The position numbers were made by a program, and so were the translations under genes. Shown here piece by piece: positions 10,076-20,650 of a stretch of 64,000 bases of DNA. This stretch comes from Candidatus Methanomethylophilaceae archaeon (lineage in GTDB: Archaea; Thermoplasmatota; Thermoplasmata; Methanomassiliicoccales; Methanomethylophilaceae), in assembly GCA_944320495.1 (NCBI GenBank), contig CALUHR010000001.1:21697-85696 (forward strand). The letters are read 5' to 3'. Position 1 is the first letter of the stretch. Each line of letters begins with the position of its first letter. The notes under the pieces are model-generated. The model saw only the letters and a list, made by a program, of their open reading frames with translations, ran no database searches and was not told where the DNA came from.

Positions 10076-10522
10076 GCACAGGCCCAGTTGTACCGTGAGG
10101 CTACCTCCTGTGGTGACCGGGACCGTCAGTCCCGCCGAGATGTCCGGTGTTCCGTAACCGTCCCCGATGCTCGTCCCCAGGACGTCACCGGATGGTGCCG
10201 AGAACGACAGATCCAGCAGATACGGTCTCCCCTTGCAGAAAGCATCCAGAGACTCCTCGAGATATTCCAGCGCCTCGCCCTTTCCCGTGACCAGGGACAG
10301 AGCCGCCATGTCGGACAGGCGGACCAGCGTGTCGTCCCCCTCCGACATGTCCGACATGCGGACCTTGGAGGACATCACGTCCTCCAGGAACCCGTAGGCG
10401 TCCCTGTCGTCATCCGCACCGGTGTCCGCGACCTGGGTGACCACGGAGGCCGCGATCATTATGACGAAGATGAACAGCATGGCGTCGACCATGGCGACGA
10501 ATCCGCGGTCGCTCGTGCGCAC
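10070..10522 (-). CDS. Pilin-like protein with class III signal-type N-terminus; GTG start, ends at CGA 10070-10072
   Basis: MRTSDRG|FVAMVDAMLFIFVIMIAASVV. CGA lies immediately past the convergent apgM TGA. Confidence 0.65.
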
Positions 10523-10920
10523 AGGACCACCTCGAACACCGCGAGCACCTCCCTGCCGCCGTCGCACCCTATCACGGACGTGACCGACCTCGACCACGGC
10601 GAGCCGTCGGTGGACCCGATCACGAAGGGCCCCGTCGCCTCGCAGAACCCCCCGGGCACGGTCACTGTGACGGAGGCGCCGGAAAGGCCCCTGGACCCCA
10701 GATACCTCTCGATATAATCCTGAAACGCGGGGATAAACTCCCCGTCGACGATCTCTCCCGTGATTCTGTCGGGATCAAGCCCCTCGGTGGGGTCCGACGT
10801 GATACCTGCCGCGCCGACCGCCAGTCCGAGGAATGCCGTCAGCACGAGGATGACGGCCATCGCGGCTATCATCGACTCCAGGAATCCCATGTCGCCCCTG
10901 TCGTCCGCATACATGGTCAC
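10513..10920 (-). CDS. Pilin-like protein with class III signal-type N-terminus; ends at CGA 10513-10515
   Basis: DDRG|DMGFLESMIAAMAVILVL. CGA lies 5 nt past the GTG of the next gene. TATA-like GGTTATATG upstream. Confidence 0.65.
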
Positions 10921-10976
10921 ATGTGCGTCGGACCGGACATATAACCCTGAGCCGCTGCGTCAGTACTGCACCATCG

Positions 10977-12890
10977 TCATTCCTGGCGCAGGCCCCTCTT
11001 GTAGAGGCCTTGGGTGAAAGTCCCGCCGCACATCTCCAGGATCTTCTCCCTTAGCTTGGGGTCCTGGTCCCTGGAGTACCTCGCCACGGCCTTCGCGAGA
11101 GCCGGAGGCCTCTTCCTCACATCGATGCCCACGGAGGACACACCGGACCTGCCGAGCTCCGAGATGTCGTCGAGGAGGAACAGGTCCACGGAGTTCAGGA
11201 CGCGGGCGAACCCGCGGGAGTCGCGGTACACCGGGAACGACGCGCCCATGTCGTCAGTGATGGCCCCCGTCTCGATCCCCGGATCGCGGGTGTACATGAG
11301 CTCCGTCCTTCCGAAGGCCATGACCTCCGTCCTGGCGGGGTAGCGCGCCACGAGGTCGGACACCTCGTTCCTGGAGAGCTCCACTGAAAGCGTGGCCTGG
11401 TAGACGTCGCCGGGGAACAGCGAGTTGAAGGCGTTCATGGATGCCGCCGTGTATATCCTGGACCCCTTGGCGGACGCGAACTGCGACGGGTTCGCGATCA
11501 TGACGGATCCCTCCGCCTTGCACTCGTCCCTGCTGTCGAACCTCGGCAGGATGGTGACGAACTCCCTGCCGGCGGCCTCGCACGCTTCGCGGGCCTCGGT
11601 CAGGTGCGGGCCCCATTCGAAGTAGATCCTGTCGGCGTATGGCAGGACCGCGTCCAGCACCTTCATCCCGCTGACGTAGAACGACCTGTCCGGGACGGAG
11701 TCCCTGTGCGGGTTCCTGGCGGGGACGGTGCCCTCAACCTTCGGCCTCTGGGTGCTCCCGTTGAGCCTGGGGGCTCCGCCGATGAGGTTCTTGACCTCGT
11801 CTATGCGAGGGTCATAGGTGCGGTAGATGTCGTAGGTTCCGTCGGGGATCTTGAACGGCACGGTGATGGGGTCGAGGGTTCCGACCTTGAACCCGCCGAC
11901 CTTCTCGTCCCCTCTGAATATCGATATGCCGTCCTTCCTGCCGATGGGGTCCCTGAAGTCCACGGGCGTGAGGCGCTGGGCTCTGATCTCCGCGGTCCCT
12001 AGGCGGAACCCGCGATTGTCCGGGTAGAGCGGCTGGACGGGCGACACGACGCCGTCCAGGTATCCTGTGGACGTCCCGCGGTTGAACACGGTGCGCAGGA
12101 GTCCGAGGGCCTCCTCGTACTCCTCCCCGCGGTCCCCGTCCTCAGCGAGCGAGTAGACCTTGGCGGAGAGGTAGGCGTACGCCGGTGAGCGCATCCTCCC
12201 CTCGATCTTCAGAGAATCGACGCCGATGTCCCTCAGGGCCTCTATGCGGTCGGCCCCGAACAGGTCGGCGCAACTCAGCAGGTATCCGGAAGATCCCTTT
12301 GTCTCGTATCTCTTCCGGCACGGCTGCGCGCAGGATCCGCGGTTGCCGCTCCTGCCGCCCATGAAGCTGGACATGAGGCATCCGCCAGACATGCAGTAGC
12401 AGAGCGCCCCCTGGATGAACACCTCCGTCTCAATCGGGGAGTCGGGGACGATGCCGGCGAGCTCCTCCAGCGTGAGCTCCCTGGCGAGGACGGCGCGGTC
12501 GAGCCCCTGCTCTGCGCACCACTCCAGCCCCCTGAGGGAATGGATCTGCATCTGCGTGGAGGCGTGCTTCGGGATGTCTATCTCGGAGACGGCCCTCAGG
12601 AGTCCGAGGTCCTGTACGAGCACCGCGTCCGCGTCTATGTCCCTCAGGAACCTGACGAACGAGACGGCCTCGTCCATCTCCCTGTTCAGTATCGACGTGT
12701 TAACGGCGACATGCACCTTGACGTGGCGGTCGTGGGCGTAGCCTATTGCCCCCTCGAGCTCGCGATCGGTGAAATTCCCCGCGAACGCACGGGCGCCGAA
12801 GCTCTTGCCCGCCAGATAAACGGCGTCGCATCCGCCCTTAATCGCTGCTGCCAGTCCTTCCGGGTTGCCTGCCGGCGAAAGTATCTCCAC
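10977..12890 (-). CDS. U32 peptidase family (RlhA/TrhP-like Fe-S RNA hydroxylase)
   Basis: EILSPAG, ADAV, HASTQ, LARE, GALCYCMSGGC..S...NRGSCAQPCR, LKIEGRMR. GTG start inferred. Confidence 0.88.
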   Translation of the reverse strand: MEILSPAGNPEGLAAAIKGGCDAVYLAGKSFGARAFAGNFTDRELEGAIGYAHDRHVKVHVAVNTSILNREMDEAVSFVRFLRDIDADAVLVQDLGLLRAVSEIDIPKHASTQMQIHSLRGLEWCAEQGLDRAVLARELTLEELAGIVPDSPIETEVFIQGALCYCMSGGCLMSSFMGGRSGNRGSCAQPCRKRYETKGSSGYLLSCADLFGADRIEALRDIGVDSLKIEGRMRSPAYAYLSAKVYSLAEDGDRGEEYEEALGLLRTVFNRGTSTGYLDGVVSPVQPLYPDNRGFRLGTAEIRAQRLTPVDFRDPIGRKDGISIFRGDEKVGGFKVGTLDPITVPFKIPDGTYDIYRTYDPRIDEVKNLIGGAPRLNGSTQRPKVEGTVPARNPHRDSVPDRSFYVSGMKVLDAVLPYADRIYFEWGPHLTEAREACEAAGREFVTILPRFDSRDECKAEGSVMIANPSQFASAKGSRIYTAASMNAFNSLFPGDVYQATLSVELSRNEVSDLVARYPARTEVMAFGRTELMYTRDPGIETGAITDDMGASFPVYRDSRGFARVLNSVDLFLLDDISELGRSGVSSVGIDVRKRPPALAKAVARYSRDQDPKLREKILEMCGGTFTQGLYKRGLRQE

Positions 12891-13080
12891 GCCACCCAAT
12901 CCCCCGCCGATATAATGGTTGTTGTGGCGCTGGCCGTCGTCTCGTATCCTCTGACGGTCCGAGAGGGCTGCCGATTTGTATCGCAGAGGGTTCGTCATAT
13001 TGTTCAACTTATCTAAGAACGTGCATTAATACTTGCACTGACGGTCTCCGATTATAATCTTGGACGAGGAACCGCGCCCC

Positions 13081-13593
13081 ATGGAATCCAAATTCGGATT
13101 GGACAGGCTGTTCGGGCATTCGGAGGAGCCCCCTCCGGCAGAGGTCTGCGACGACCTCCTGACGATTGACTGCAGGGGATGCGGGTACGCACCCGTCCCC
13201 GGGTCCAGGGAGTGCCTTGGATGCATGGTGGAGAGGATGAGCGCCGTAGGCGGCGCGGACAGGCTGATCCTCCGCACCGGGAGGGACACCGAGATATCCG
13301 GCAGGGCGGGCATGGCCGTCAGGGAGGCGGCTTCGCTTAGGCGTTGGTCGATGCCCCAGGAGCCTCCCAAGGGGCGCTGCAGGGCATGTCCGGTGTCTAG
13401 GCATGGGATCCTCTCCCGCGCGTGGGAGCGCTTCCCGGAGGGCATGACGGACGGTCTGGCGGAGGAGGCTCTGTCGCAGGTCCCGGAGAGGGACGGGTGC
13501 AGGGAGTGTGTGGAATCCACCGTTCGCGCCCTCGCGCAGCTGGACGAGGGCATGGCGGAGATCCTCTCCAAGATGACTGGTGGTCTGCCATGA
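13081..13593 (+). CDS. Cys-rich (CxxC x4) protein coupled to the pilus ATPase
   Basis: CRGC, CLGC, CRAC, CREC motifs. ATG 13081 fits TATA ATTATAAT at 13051-13058. ATGA overlap with the next gene. Confidence 0.7.
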   Translation: MESKFGLDRLFGHSEEPPPAEVCDDLLTIDCRGCGYAPVPGSRECLGCMVERMSAVGGADRLILRTGRDTEISGRAGMAVREAASLRRWSMPQEPPKGRCRACPVSRHGILSRAWERFPEGMTDGLAEEALSQVPERDGCRECVESTVRALAQLDEGMAEILSKMTGGLP

Positions 13594-15347
13594 AACTGCG
13601 CCTGCCGCCGTTCGCGACCATCATCCGCCCGTCGCCGGAGGACGATTTCGTCATCCCAGGGACCAAGGGCGGGGGACAAAACCCGCCCGGGAGACCTCCG
13701 TCCGCGCTCCAGAGGGCAGGGGGCAGCCCCTCGGCGTTCTCCGAGGCCTTCACGGTGCTCATGGGGGAGAACGTTCGCACCAAACCGTCATACACGGACT
13801 GCTGGATAGCATCGGTCCCCGAGCTCCGCCCGATCGCGTCGTACATGACAGACATGGGCTCCGTCCTCATCGGGCTGTCAGAGGGCGGTGAGACCGTGTA
13901 CTCCGTCACACCGAGGGAGTACGCGTACCCCGATCCGCTAAACGCGGTGGTGATGGACGTCATCGACGGGATCCGCGACGTGTACAGGGACGGCGGTGGG
14001 AGTCTGGACCGCGACACGGTCATGGGCATGACCCGCTCGGTCCTGACAGATAGGTGGGACGACCTGGAGAGGGCGTGCGGGGGCGGGGACGTGGAGTCGG
14101 TCATGAGGGACGTCTGCGCCATTGCGTACCGCCATTCCGTCGGCGCGGGGATATTCGAGGTCCTGCTGGCCGACCGCCACATCGAGGACATCTATGTGGA
14201 CGCACCTTGCAGCATGAACCGCATCCACGTCACGGTGAACGGGATCAACGGTCTGAACTCCCACATCAGATGCTCCACCAATCTGATGGCGGAGGAGCGC
14301 GAGGTATCCAACCTCCTGAACATCCTGAAGAGGGACAGTGGCCTTCGCTTCTGCAGGTCCTGCCCCGTCCTTGAGACGGATATGCGCGGGTTCGACGCGA
14401 GGGCGACCGTGGTGGGCTACCCGCTCAGCCCCAGGGGGAACGCGATTGCCATCAGGAAGCACTCCGTACGCCCGTGGACCCTTTCCCGTTTGATCGCCAA
14501 CGGCACCGTCAGCCCGAGGGCAGCCGGCATCCTCTCGTTCATAGTCAACAGCAGGGCGACCGTCCTGATATGCGGGGCGCGCGGGGCAGGCAAGAGCGCC
14601 CTCCTCAGCGCCCTGATGTTCGAGTTCCCGCTGAGCCAGAGGATACTCACCATCGAGGACACCCTGGAGCTGCCTGGAGACCACATGAGGAGGATGGGCT
14701 ACAAGGTGCAGACCATGCTGGTGGACGACCGCATCCAGGGGTCCGTCTCATCCCGCTCCGACGAGGCGTTGCGCGTGTCCCTGAGGCTGGGGGAGTCGGC
14801 GATAGTCATGGGGGAGGTCCGCGGGGAGGAGGCCAGGACGCTCTATCAGAGCATGCGCGCGGGCCGCGCCGGGAGCGCGATCATGGGCACGGTGCACGGC
14901 GACTCCGCCGCATCCGTCTACCAGAGGATGGTCTTCGACATGGGCATCCCACCCGAGGCGTTCGGCGCCACGGACATACTGGTGACCCTCGGGACGGTGA
15001 GGGACAGGCGCACGGGGAACCTCATCCGCAGGGTTAACGAGCTGGTGGCCACCGGTACATCCCCGGGAGAATTCCTGGATGTCTCAGGGGTGGACGGGCT
15101 TCTCGCATCGCCGTTCGCAGAGAGGGCCCTGTCCTCCCTTCAATTGGGCCGCAGGGACGTCGTGAAGGAGATCAGGGCGAGGTCGATGATGCGCTCGTAT
15201 CTGGCGTCCCTCGGCACCGAGGACGAGGGGTTCCTGGGACCGGAATGGGTCCTGGCGTCGAACGAGATCCTCGCCGGAATGCCCCAGTCGGCTTCCGCGG
15301 AGGAAGCCCTGGCCGTGCTGAAGGGGAGGACCGGTAGGGATGACCGA
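13590..15347 (+). CDS. Type II/IV secretion (VirB11/TadA-like) ATPase; ends at CGA 15345-15347
   Basis: Walker A GARGAGKS, TIEDTLEL, MGEVRG, GTVHGD. CGA 3 nt after the ATG codon of the next gene. Confidence 0.9.
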
Positions 15348-16728
15348 TCCGAGGAGGCTGACCAACGAGGGCCCGACGGTCGTCGGGCTGATGACCTCCG
15401 TCATAGAGTCGGGGGGATCCCTGGATACGGCGGCCAGGGCGGTGTCCGAGGAGGGGCCGAGACTCTCCGCTGAGCTGTTCTCCGGAGCCGTGAGGCTCAC
15501 GGACACCAAGGGCTCCGTCGGAATCTCTCAGGCGCTATCCGAATCGCTTTCCGTTCTGCCGGAGTCCGCTTCGGGCTACAGGCAGGCGATGCTGCTGTGC
15601 ATCTCCGCATCCGAGGCGGCCGAACCGCAGGAGAGGCTCAGGATCCTCAAGGAGGCTTCCGATGTGGCCCTGGACGCCGTGCGCATCATTGGGGAGAAGT
15701 ACGCCGCAGGCCTCTCCACGCCGTGCATGGCGGTCTTCGGCCTGGGGATAATGGCACCTATGATCCTGATGTCCATACTGCCGATCATGGGCCTCGGCGG
15801 GATGTTCGCTGAGATGCCGGTGGACAGCGGCACGATGCTCATGGCGACTCTGGTCCTGATCCCGGCGGCGATTCTCTGCCTGGCGTACTGGCTGCGCCAA
15901 TCGAACCCGTTCCTGGAGCGTTCGGGGAGTCCCCGCGACGCGGTGTGCGCACTACCACTCCTCACAGCAATCCCGCTCTATCTGGCGATGATGTCCCTGC
16001 GCACGGGGGCCGTGGAGGCCCTGATTCTCTCGATCGCCCCGTCCGCGGTGGCCTGTCTGATAATGATGTTCGACGGCCGCAGGGCGGACCAGGCCAGGGC
16101 CAGGTCCGAGAAGGGGCTGAGGGACTGCGTCTTCGAGCTTGGCAACTCCCTGCTGGGAGGAGACAACTTCGAGACCGTGGCCGTGGAGGCTGTGTCGTCC
16201 AGGGTCGAGTGCAGGGATGTGGGCACTGCGCTCAGCAGGGAACTCGACCTGTGCAGGGGAGATGTCCGCGGTGCGATCAGGAGATCGGTGGGACCGGTAT
16301 CGCCCGAGGTCTCCAGGACCCTCTGCGACATCCAGCACTGCTCCGAGAAGGACACCGAGGACGCGGGGAGGTTGGCCATCGCCGTGGGGAGGCAGTACCA
16401 GAACACGTCCAACATCAGGAACGAGCTGGGCCTGAAGCTCAAGGGGATGACCGACATGATGGTGGGCACGGCGATGCTGTTCGCCCCGATGGTCCTCGGG
16501 ATGAGCACATCGATGCTCGGGCCGCTAAGCGAGATATCCGGATACGCCGGCCTTGAGGGCACGGAGGTGGTGCTGGCCGTGTATCTCGTAGAGCTCTGCG
16601 CGATCATCGCCGTGCTCACGTCGAGCCTGGGGGACGGCGATGGCATCAGGGGGATGGTGTGGAGGTTCTGTCTCTCGTGTCCGATCGCCCTGGTCGTGTT
16701 CTGGTTCTGCATCGGGGTCCAGCTCCGA
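15340..16728 (+). CDS. TadB/TadC (T2SS F-domain)-like platform membrane protein; ends at CGA 16726-16728
   Basis: Two repeats of a soluble domain plus TM helices, next to the ATPase. CGA three codons before TAA. Confidence 0.75.
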
Positions 16729-16760
16729 AGGTGTTAACCCAGGGGAGGGGATGCGAGGGT

Positions 16761-17264
16761 ATGGACGGCAGGACCAGACTGTTGGTGGCGGGATGCATCG
16801 CATCTGGGGTGGTACTCGCCCTGATGTTCCTGTCGCCCCTCCTATCCCCCTACGGTCTCTTCAGGGGGCTTGACGGGTCCCCCGGATTCATAGACGGAGG
16901 CTGGGAGGGCGGAGGCCCGGCCAGTCTGGCGTATCTGCTGGGGGATCTCGTCTGTCATCAGGAGGAGGCCAGGAGCCTGATCCTGAACGGCTCCCAGATG
17001 CCCGTCTGCGCGAGGGACACCGGGATCCTCATAGGTCTCACGATCGGTTTCGCCGCATGTCTGCCCATCGGCAACAGGCTGGCGGACAGGCGCATCGCGG
17101 CCCTGGGCGTGGTGCTCGTAGCGGTCATGGCGGTCGAGTGGCTTGTGGAGACGACGGGCTTCGATTCGCAGGCCTGCAGGCTCATCTCTGGGGTTTCTGC
17201 CGGGGTCGGTGCGAGCCTATTTCTGGCTTGGATGCTATATAGGCAGGATGACCGGGGAGAGCGA
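16761..17264 (+). CDS. DUF2085-like membrane protein; ends at CGA 17262-17264
   Basis: CHQ...RS.......PVCARDTGI motif plus TM helices. Short overlap with the ATG at 17248. Confidence 0.8.
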
Positions 17265-17970
17265 CGCGGGTATCGACTGGGAGTACGGCAGGGCCGCCTC
17301 CGATGCGGTGGAGTGGCTCCTGAAGGAGGGATTCCTGAAAGAGGACGACTGCTCCATGAACGTCGCCTGCGGTCGCGGCGGATTCGCCGTTCCGATGAGC
17401 AGGGCGGTCCGTGTGCTGGTCTGCATGGACAGCAGCAGGGACTCCCTCGACATAACCGGTCAGCGCTGCGCCGGGGGATGTCGCACCGAGCTCTTTCAGC
17501 AGGACTGGCGCTCCTACGTCCCCGCCAGGGGGAGGTACGACTCATGTGTCATGTCGCCGTCGTACCTGTGCTTCAACATGGAGGCCATACGCAGGATCGA
17601 GACAGTCTCCAAAAGGGGATGCGCCGTGGTCTTCCCGCTAGAGTTCGACTACCGCAGGCTCCGGAAGGGATTCCTCCAGAGTCTCGGCGTCGATGCGGGC
17701 TTCCTGTCGATGCCGGAGTTCCCTGACCCGCGCCCGTTCGCCGTCTGGCTGTCGGAGAAGGGCAGGAACATGGAGACGCGTCGCTTCCAGTCCACAGTGG
17801 AGTGTCCCGACGAGGTCTTCAGGACGGCGATCGTCCGCGATTCCGTCCTTCACGGGGCCGACGAGGCCGCCGCAGCCTCCATGGCCGACAGATACGTCTC
17901 GAAGGTCAGCAGGGGCGGTGCGGTCAAGTACAAGTTCTCCGCCAACGTCGTTGCCTGGAACATGGTGCGA
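17248..17970 (+). CDS. SAM-methyltransferase-like fold protein; ends at CGA 17968-17970
   Basis: MNVACGRGG motif I, VLVCMDSS motif II. Confidence 0.6.
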
Positions 17971-17995
17971 TCAAGTTCGGATCGTGGATAAGGGT

Positions 17996-18108
17996 GAGAC
18001 GAGCAGGCACGAAGTCCTGACGCCGGCCCGGCATGGTTGAAAGTTGAGGCACGCGGGTCTGTCTAAAGATGCGTGTATGTCGCACGGGTCTTACTGGCTA
18101 CTCGTCTC
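17996..18108. ncRNA. Candidate structured RNA (closing stem GAGACGAG/CTCGTCTC, about 113 nt)
   Basis: Perfect 8-bp terminal complement plus internal GCACGC/GCGTGT pairing in an intergenic gap. No family recognised. Confidence 0.3.
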
Positions 18109-18184
18109 GACACGCCGTATCGGGACGTATTGAAAAAGCCTTCGGAGAGGTTTGTCGGGAGGGGTGTTGCCCCTCCCATGAGAT

Positions 18185-20422
18185 TCACTCGCACTTGGTC
18201 CATCCGCAGGACTTGCAGACGTTGCAGCCGCCCTGGAACTCGAGCTCCGCCCCGCACTTGGGGCAGGGGTTCTTGATCTCCCTGACGGGTGTCTCCTCCG
18301 GTGCCTCCTCGGGGATCCCGCGGATCTGGGTCTGCATCTCGTTGTACATGTCCATCAGCGCCCAGCCGACGGCCATGGGGCAGCAGGATCCGAGGGAGGT
18401 GTCCCTCTTGGTGTGGGTCCTGACCACGTAGGATGGGCAGGAGCCGCAGGACTTGAGCTGGTCGACGATCTTGTCGATGCTGCATCCGGACCTGGCGGCC
18501 AGGGAGATCATTCTGGACAGTCCGACCATGAAGTTGTTGCATCCGCCGGTGGATCCCTTGTTGAGGTAGGCCTCCTTGAGCTCGCCGGTGTCGGGGTCGA
18601 AGAACGCGGTGCAGTGCAGGCTGCCGCATCCGGTCATCAGCTTCCTCTTCTTGCCGACGACGTTGTTGCTGACCTCCTCGACGGCCCCGCGCTTCTCCTC
18701 CTTGACGGCGGGTGCGGGCGCAGGTTCGGGGGCCTTGTCCTTGGTTGAGAGGATGCCGAGGCGCTTGCAGCCGTCGCGGAAGACGGTGACACCCTTGCAT
18801 CCGGACTCCCATGCGAGCATGTAGATGTTGTAGACGTCCTTCTCGGGGAAGTCCTCGGGGAGATTGACGGTGGAGCTGATCGACGCGTCGATGTGCTTCT
18901 GCCAGGTGGCCTGCATCCCGATCCTGTTCTTGTAGTCAAGGTTCTGGGCGGTGACGAAGTATCCGGGGAGCTGCTCCTCGGTCGTCACGTCGGGGTGCCT
19001 GTCCATGTAGGACTGCACGATGGGGGTGTAGACCTTGTAGTACTCGTCGTGGTCCGAGAGGGAGGTGGTCCTCCTCTCGTACGAGATGGCGAAGATCGGC
19101 TCGATGCCGCCGGAGATGCCCAGCATGGTCGAGAGCGTCCCGGTGGGGGCGATGGTGAGGAGCTGGGAGTTCCTGAGTCCGTACTCGGCGACCAGGGCGC
19201 GGGTCTCGTCGGAGGCGTTCTCCTTGAAGAAGGGAGATTCGAGGATCTGCTCGGGGACGCACTTGGCGAACATGCCCTTGTCCCTGGCCAGGACGGCGGA
19301 CTCGTTGAGGGCGGTGTCCATCATGAGCCTTCCGAGCTTGTCGCAGAAGTCGACGGCCTCGGGGGATCCGTAGGTGTAGCCGAGCATGATCAGCATGTCG
19401 GCGAGTCCCATGATGCCCAGCCCGATCTGCCTCCAGTTGCTGACGGACTCCTTCTGCTCCTGCAGGGGGTGCAGCGGGAGCCCCTCCTCCAGCACGTCGT
19501 TCAGGGCGCGGACGCAGATGCGGACCGACTCGATGAAGTCCTCGGACTGGAACTTCCCGTCTCTTACGAAGGCGGCCAGGTTCATGCTTCCGAGGAGGCA
19601 GCTGCCTCCGGCCGGGAGCGGCTCCTCGGCGCAGGGGTTGGTTCCGGCGTAGGAGTAGTCGGGGAACTCGGAGAGGAGGTTCCAGGAAGAGATCCTGTCC
19701 CAGAACAGGCATCCGGGCTCTCCGTAGTCCCAGTTGTTGTAGCATAGCCTCTCGAAGAACGCGTTGGCGTCGAGCTCCTTCTCGATGTGCTGGTTGCTCT
19801 CGGGGCGGTCGAACCACTGGATGAACTTCCTCCTGTCCCTGACGCAGTTCATGAACTCGTCGGTCACGCGGATGGACATGTTGGCCTTGGTGACCCTCTC
19901 GAGGTCGGTCTTGACGGACATGAACTCCTCGAGGTCGGGGTGCTCGCACGACATGGTGAGCATCAGCGCGCCGCGCCTACCGTGCTGGCCGATGAGGCCG
20001 GTGACCATGGAGAAGAGGTCGGTGAAGGACACAGCACCGGAGGTCTCCGAGGCGGTGTTGTTGATCCTGGCTCCCCTGGGGGCGAGCTTGGAGATGTCGA
20101 TTCCGCATCCTCCGCCGTAGCTGAAGGTGCGGGCGAGCCTCCCGGCGGTCTCGAAGATGGACTCGATGGAGTCCTCGGGCGGACTGAGCACGTAGCAGTT
20201 GGAATATGTGACCTTGAGCCCACCCTTGTAGAGGCCCCTGTTGGCGAGGATCCTACCTCCGAAGAGGAACTTCTTCTCGGCGATCAGCCTGCGGAGGTCC
20301 TGGTCCCCGTTGCTGACCCTGTCGAGCCACTCGTCGAAGGTCTCCCCGTCGTGGCAGTACTTCTTGTTCCAAATGTCTATTCCAAGCTGATTGTCGCTTC
20401 CAAGCCAATCCTCGATCTGCAC
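18185..20422 (-). CDS. nrdJ: Class II (adenosylcobalamin-dependent) ribonucleotide reductase with C-terminal TSCPD/Zn ribbon
   Basis: FLFGGRI, NCYV, GGGCG, RRGA, TNPCAEE, CLLGS, TIAPTGT, CKGVTVFRDG. GTG start inferred. Confidence 0.92.
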   Translation of the reverse strand: MQIEDWLGSDNQLGIDIWNKKYCHDGETFDEWLDRVSNGDQDLRRLIAEKKFLFGGRILANRGLYKGGLKVTYSNCYVLSPPEDSIESIFETAGRLARTFSYGGGCGIDISKLAPRGARINNTASETSGAVSFTDLFSMVTGLIGQHGRRGALMLTMSCEHPDLEEFMSVKTDLERVTKANMSIRVTDEFMNCVRDRRKFIQWFDRPESNQHIEKELDANAFFERLCYNNWDYGEPGCLFWDRISSWNLLSEFPDYSYAGTNPCAEEPLPAGGSCLLGSMNLAAFVRDGKFQSEDFIESVRICVRALNDVLEEGLPLHPLQEQKESVSNWRQIGLGIMGLADMLIMLGYTYGSPEAVDFCDKLGRLMMDTALNESAVLARDKGMFAKCVPEQILESPFFKENASDETRALVAEYGLRNSQLLTIAPTGTLSTMLGISGGIEPIFAISYERRTTSLSDHDEYYKVYTPIVQSYMDRHPDVTTEEQLPGYFVTAQNLDYKNRIGMQATWQKHIDASISSTVNLPEDFPEKDVYNIYMLAWESGCKGVTVFRDGCKRLGILSTKDKAPEPAPAPAVKEEKRGAVEEVSNNVVGKKRKLMTGCGSLHCTAFFDPDTGELKEAYLNKGSTGGCNNFMVGLSRMISLAARSGCSIDKIVDQLKSCGSCPSYVVRTHTKRDTSLGSCCPMAVGWALMDMYNEMQTQIRGIPEEAPEETPVREIKNPCPKCGAELEFQGGCNVCKSCGWTKCE

Positions 20423-20650
20423 TTCTCTCCCCCCGATGATTCCTCTCTTTTCGTTCGAGCCCAAGGTAACTTTTCCCCCTATTAAGGTCCAACGTGGATT
20501 ATGCATCCATCCATTATAAATTGGTGTGCAGATGTCGACAATGGACTGTTCTTTGTTAAGCTATGAGCTAGATTATTCCATAAATGTCTGAAATCAGACG
20601 ATTTTCGGCGGAAACAAGGCGATAGAGGAGGGGGAGGGACCCCCATCCCG

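Noticed and set aside
18040-18110. Cobalamin riboswitch near nrdJ (AGCCAGTAAGACC resembles the AGCCAG-AGACC tail)
   Set aside because: It lies downstream of nrdJ and lacks the B12-box core (CCCGCnACTGT, GGGAAGG).
20500-20580. NrdR box upstream of nrdJ
   Set aside because: Only a weak partial match (ACACCAATTTATAATGG) that overlaps the TATA box; no NrdR gene seen.
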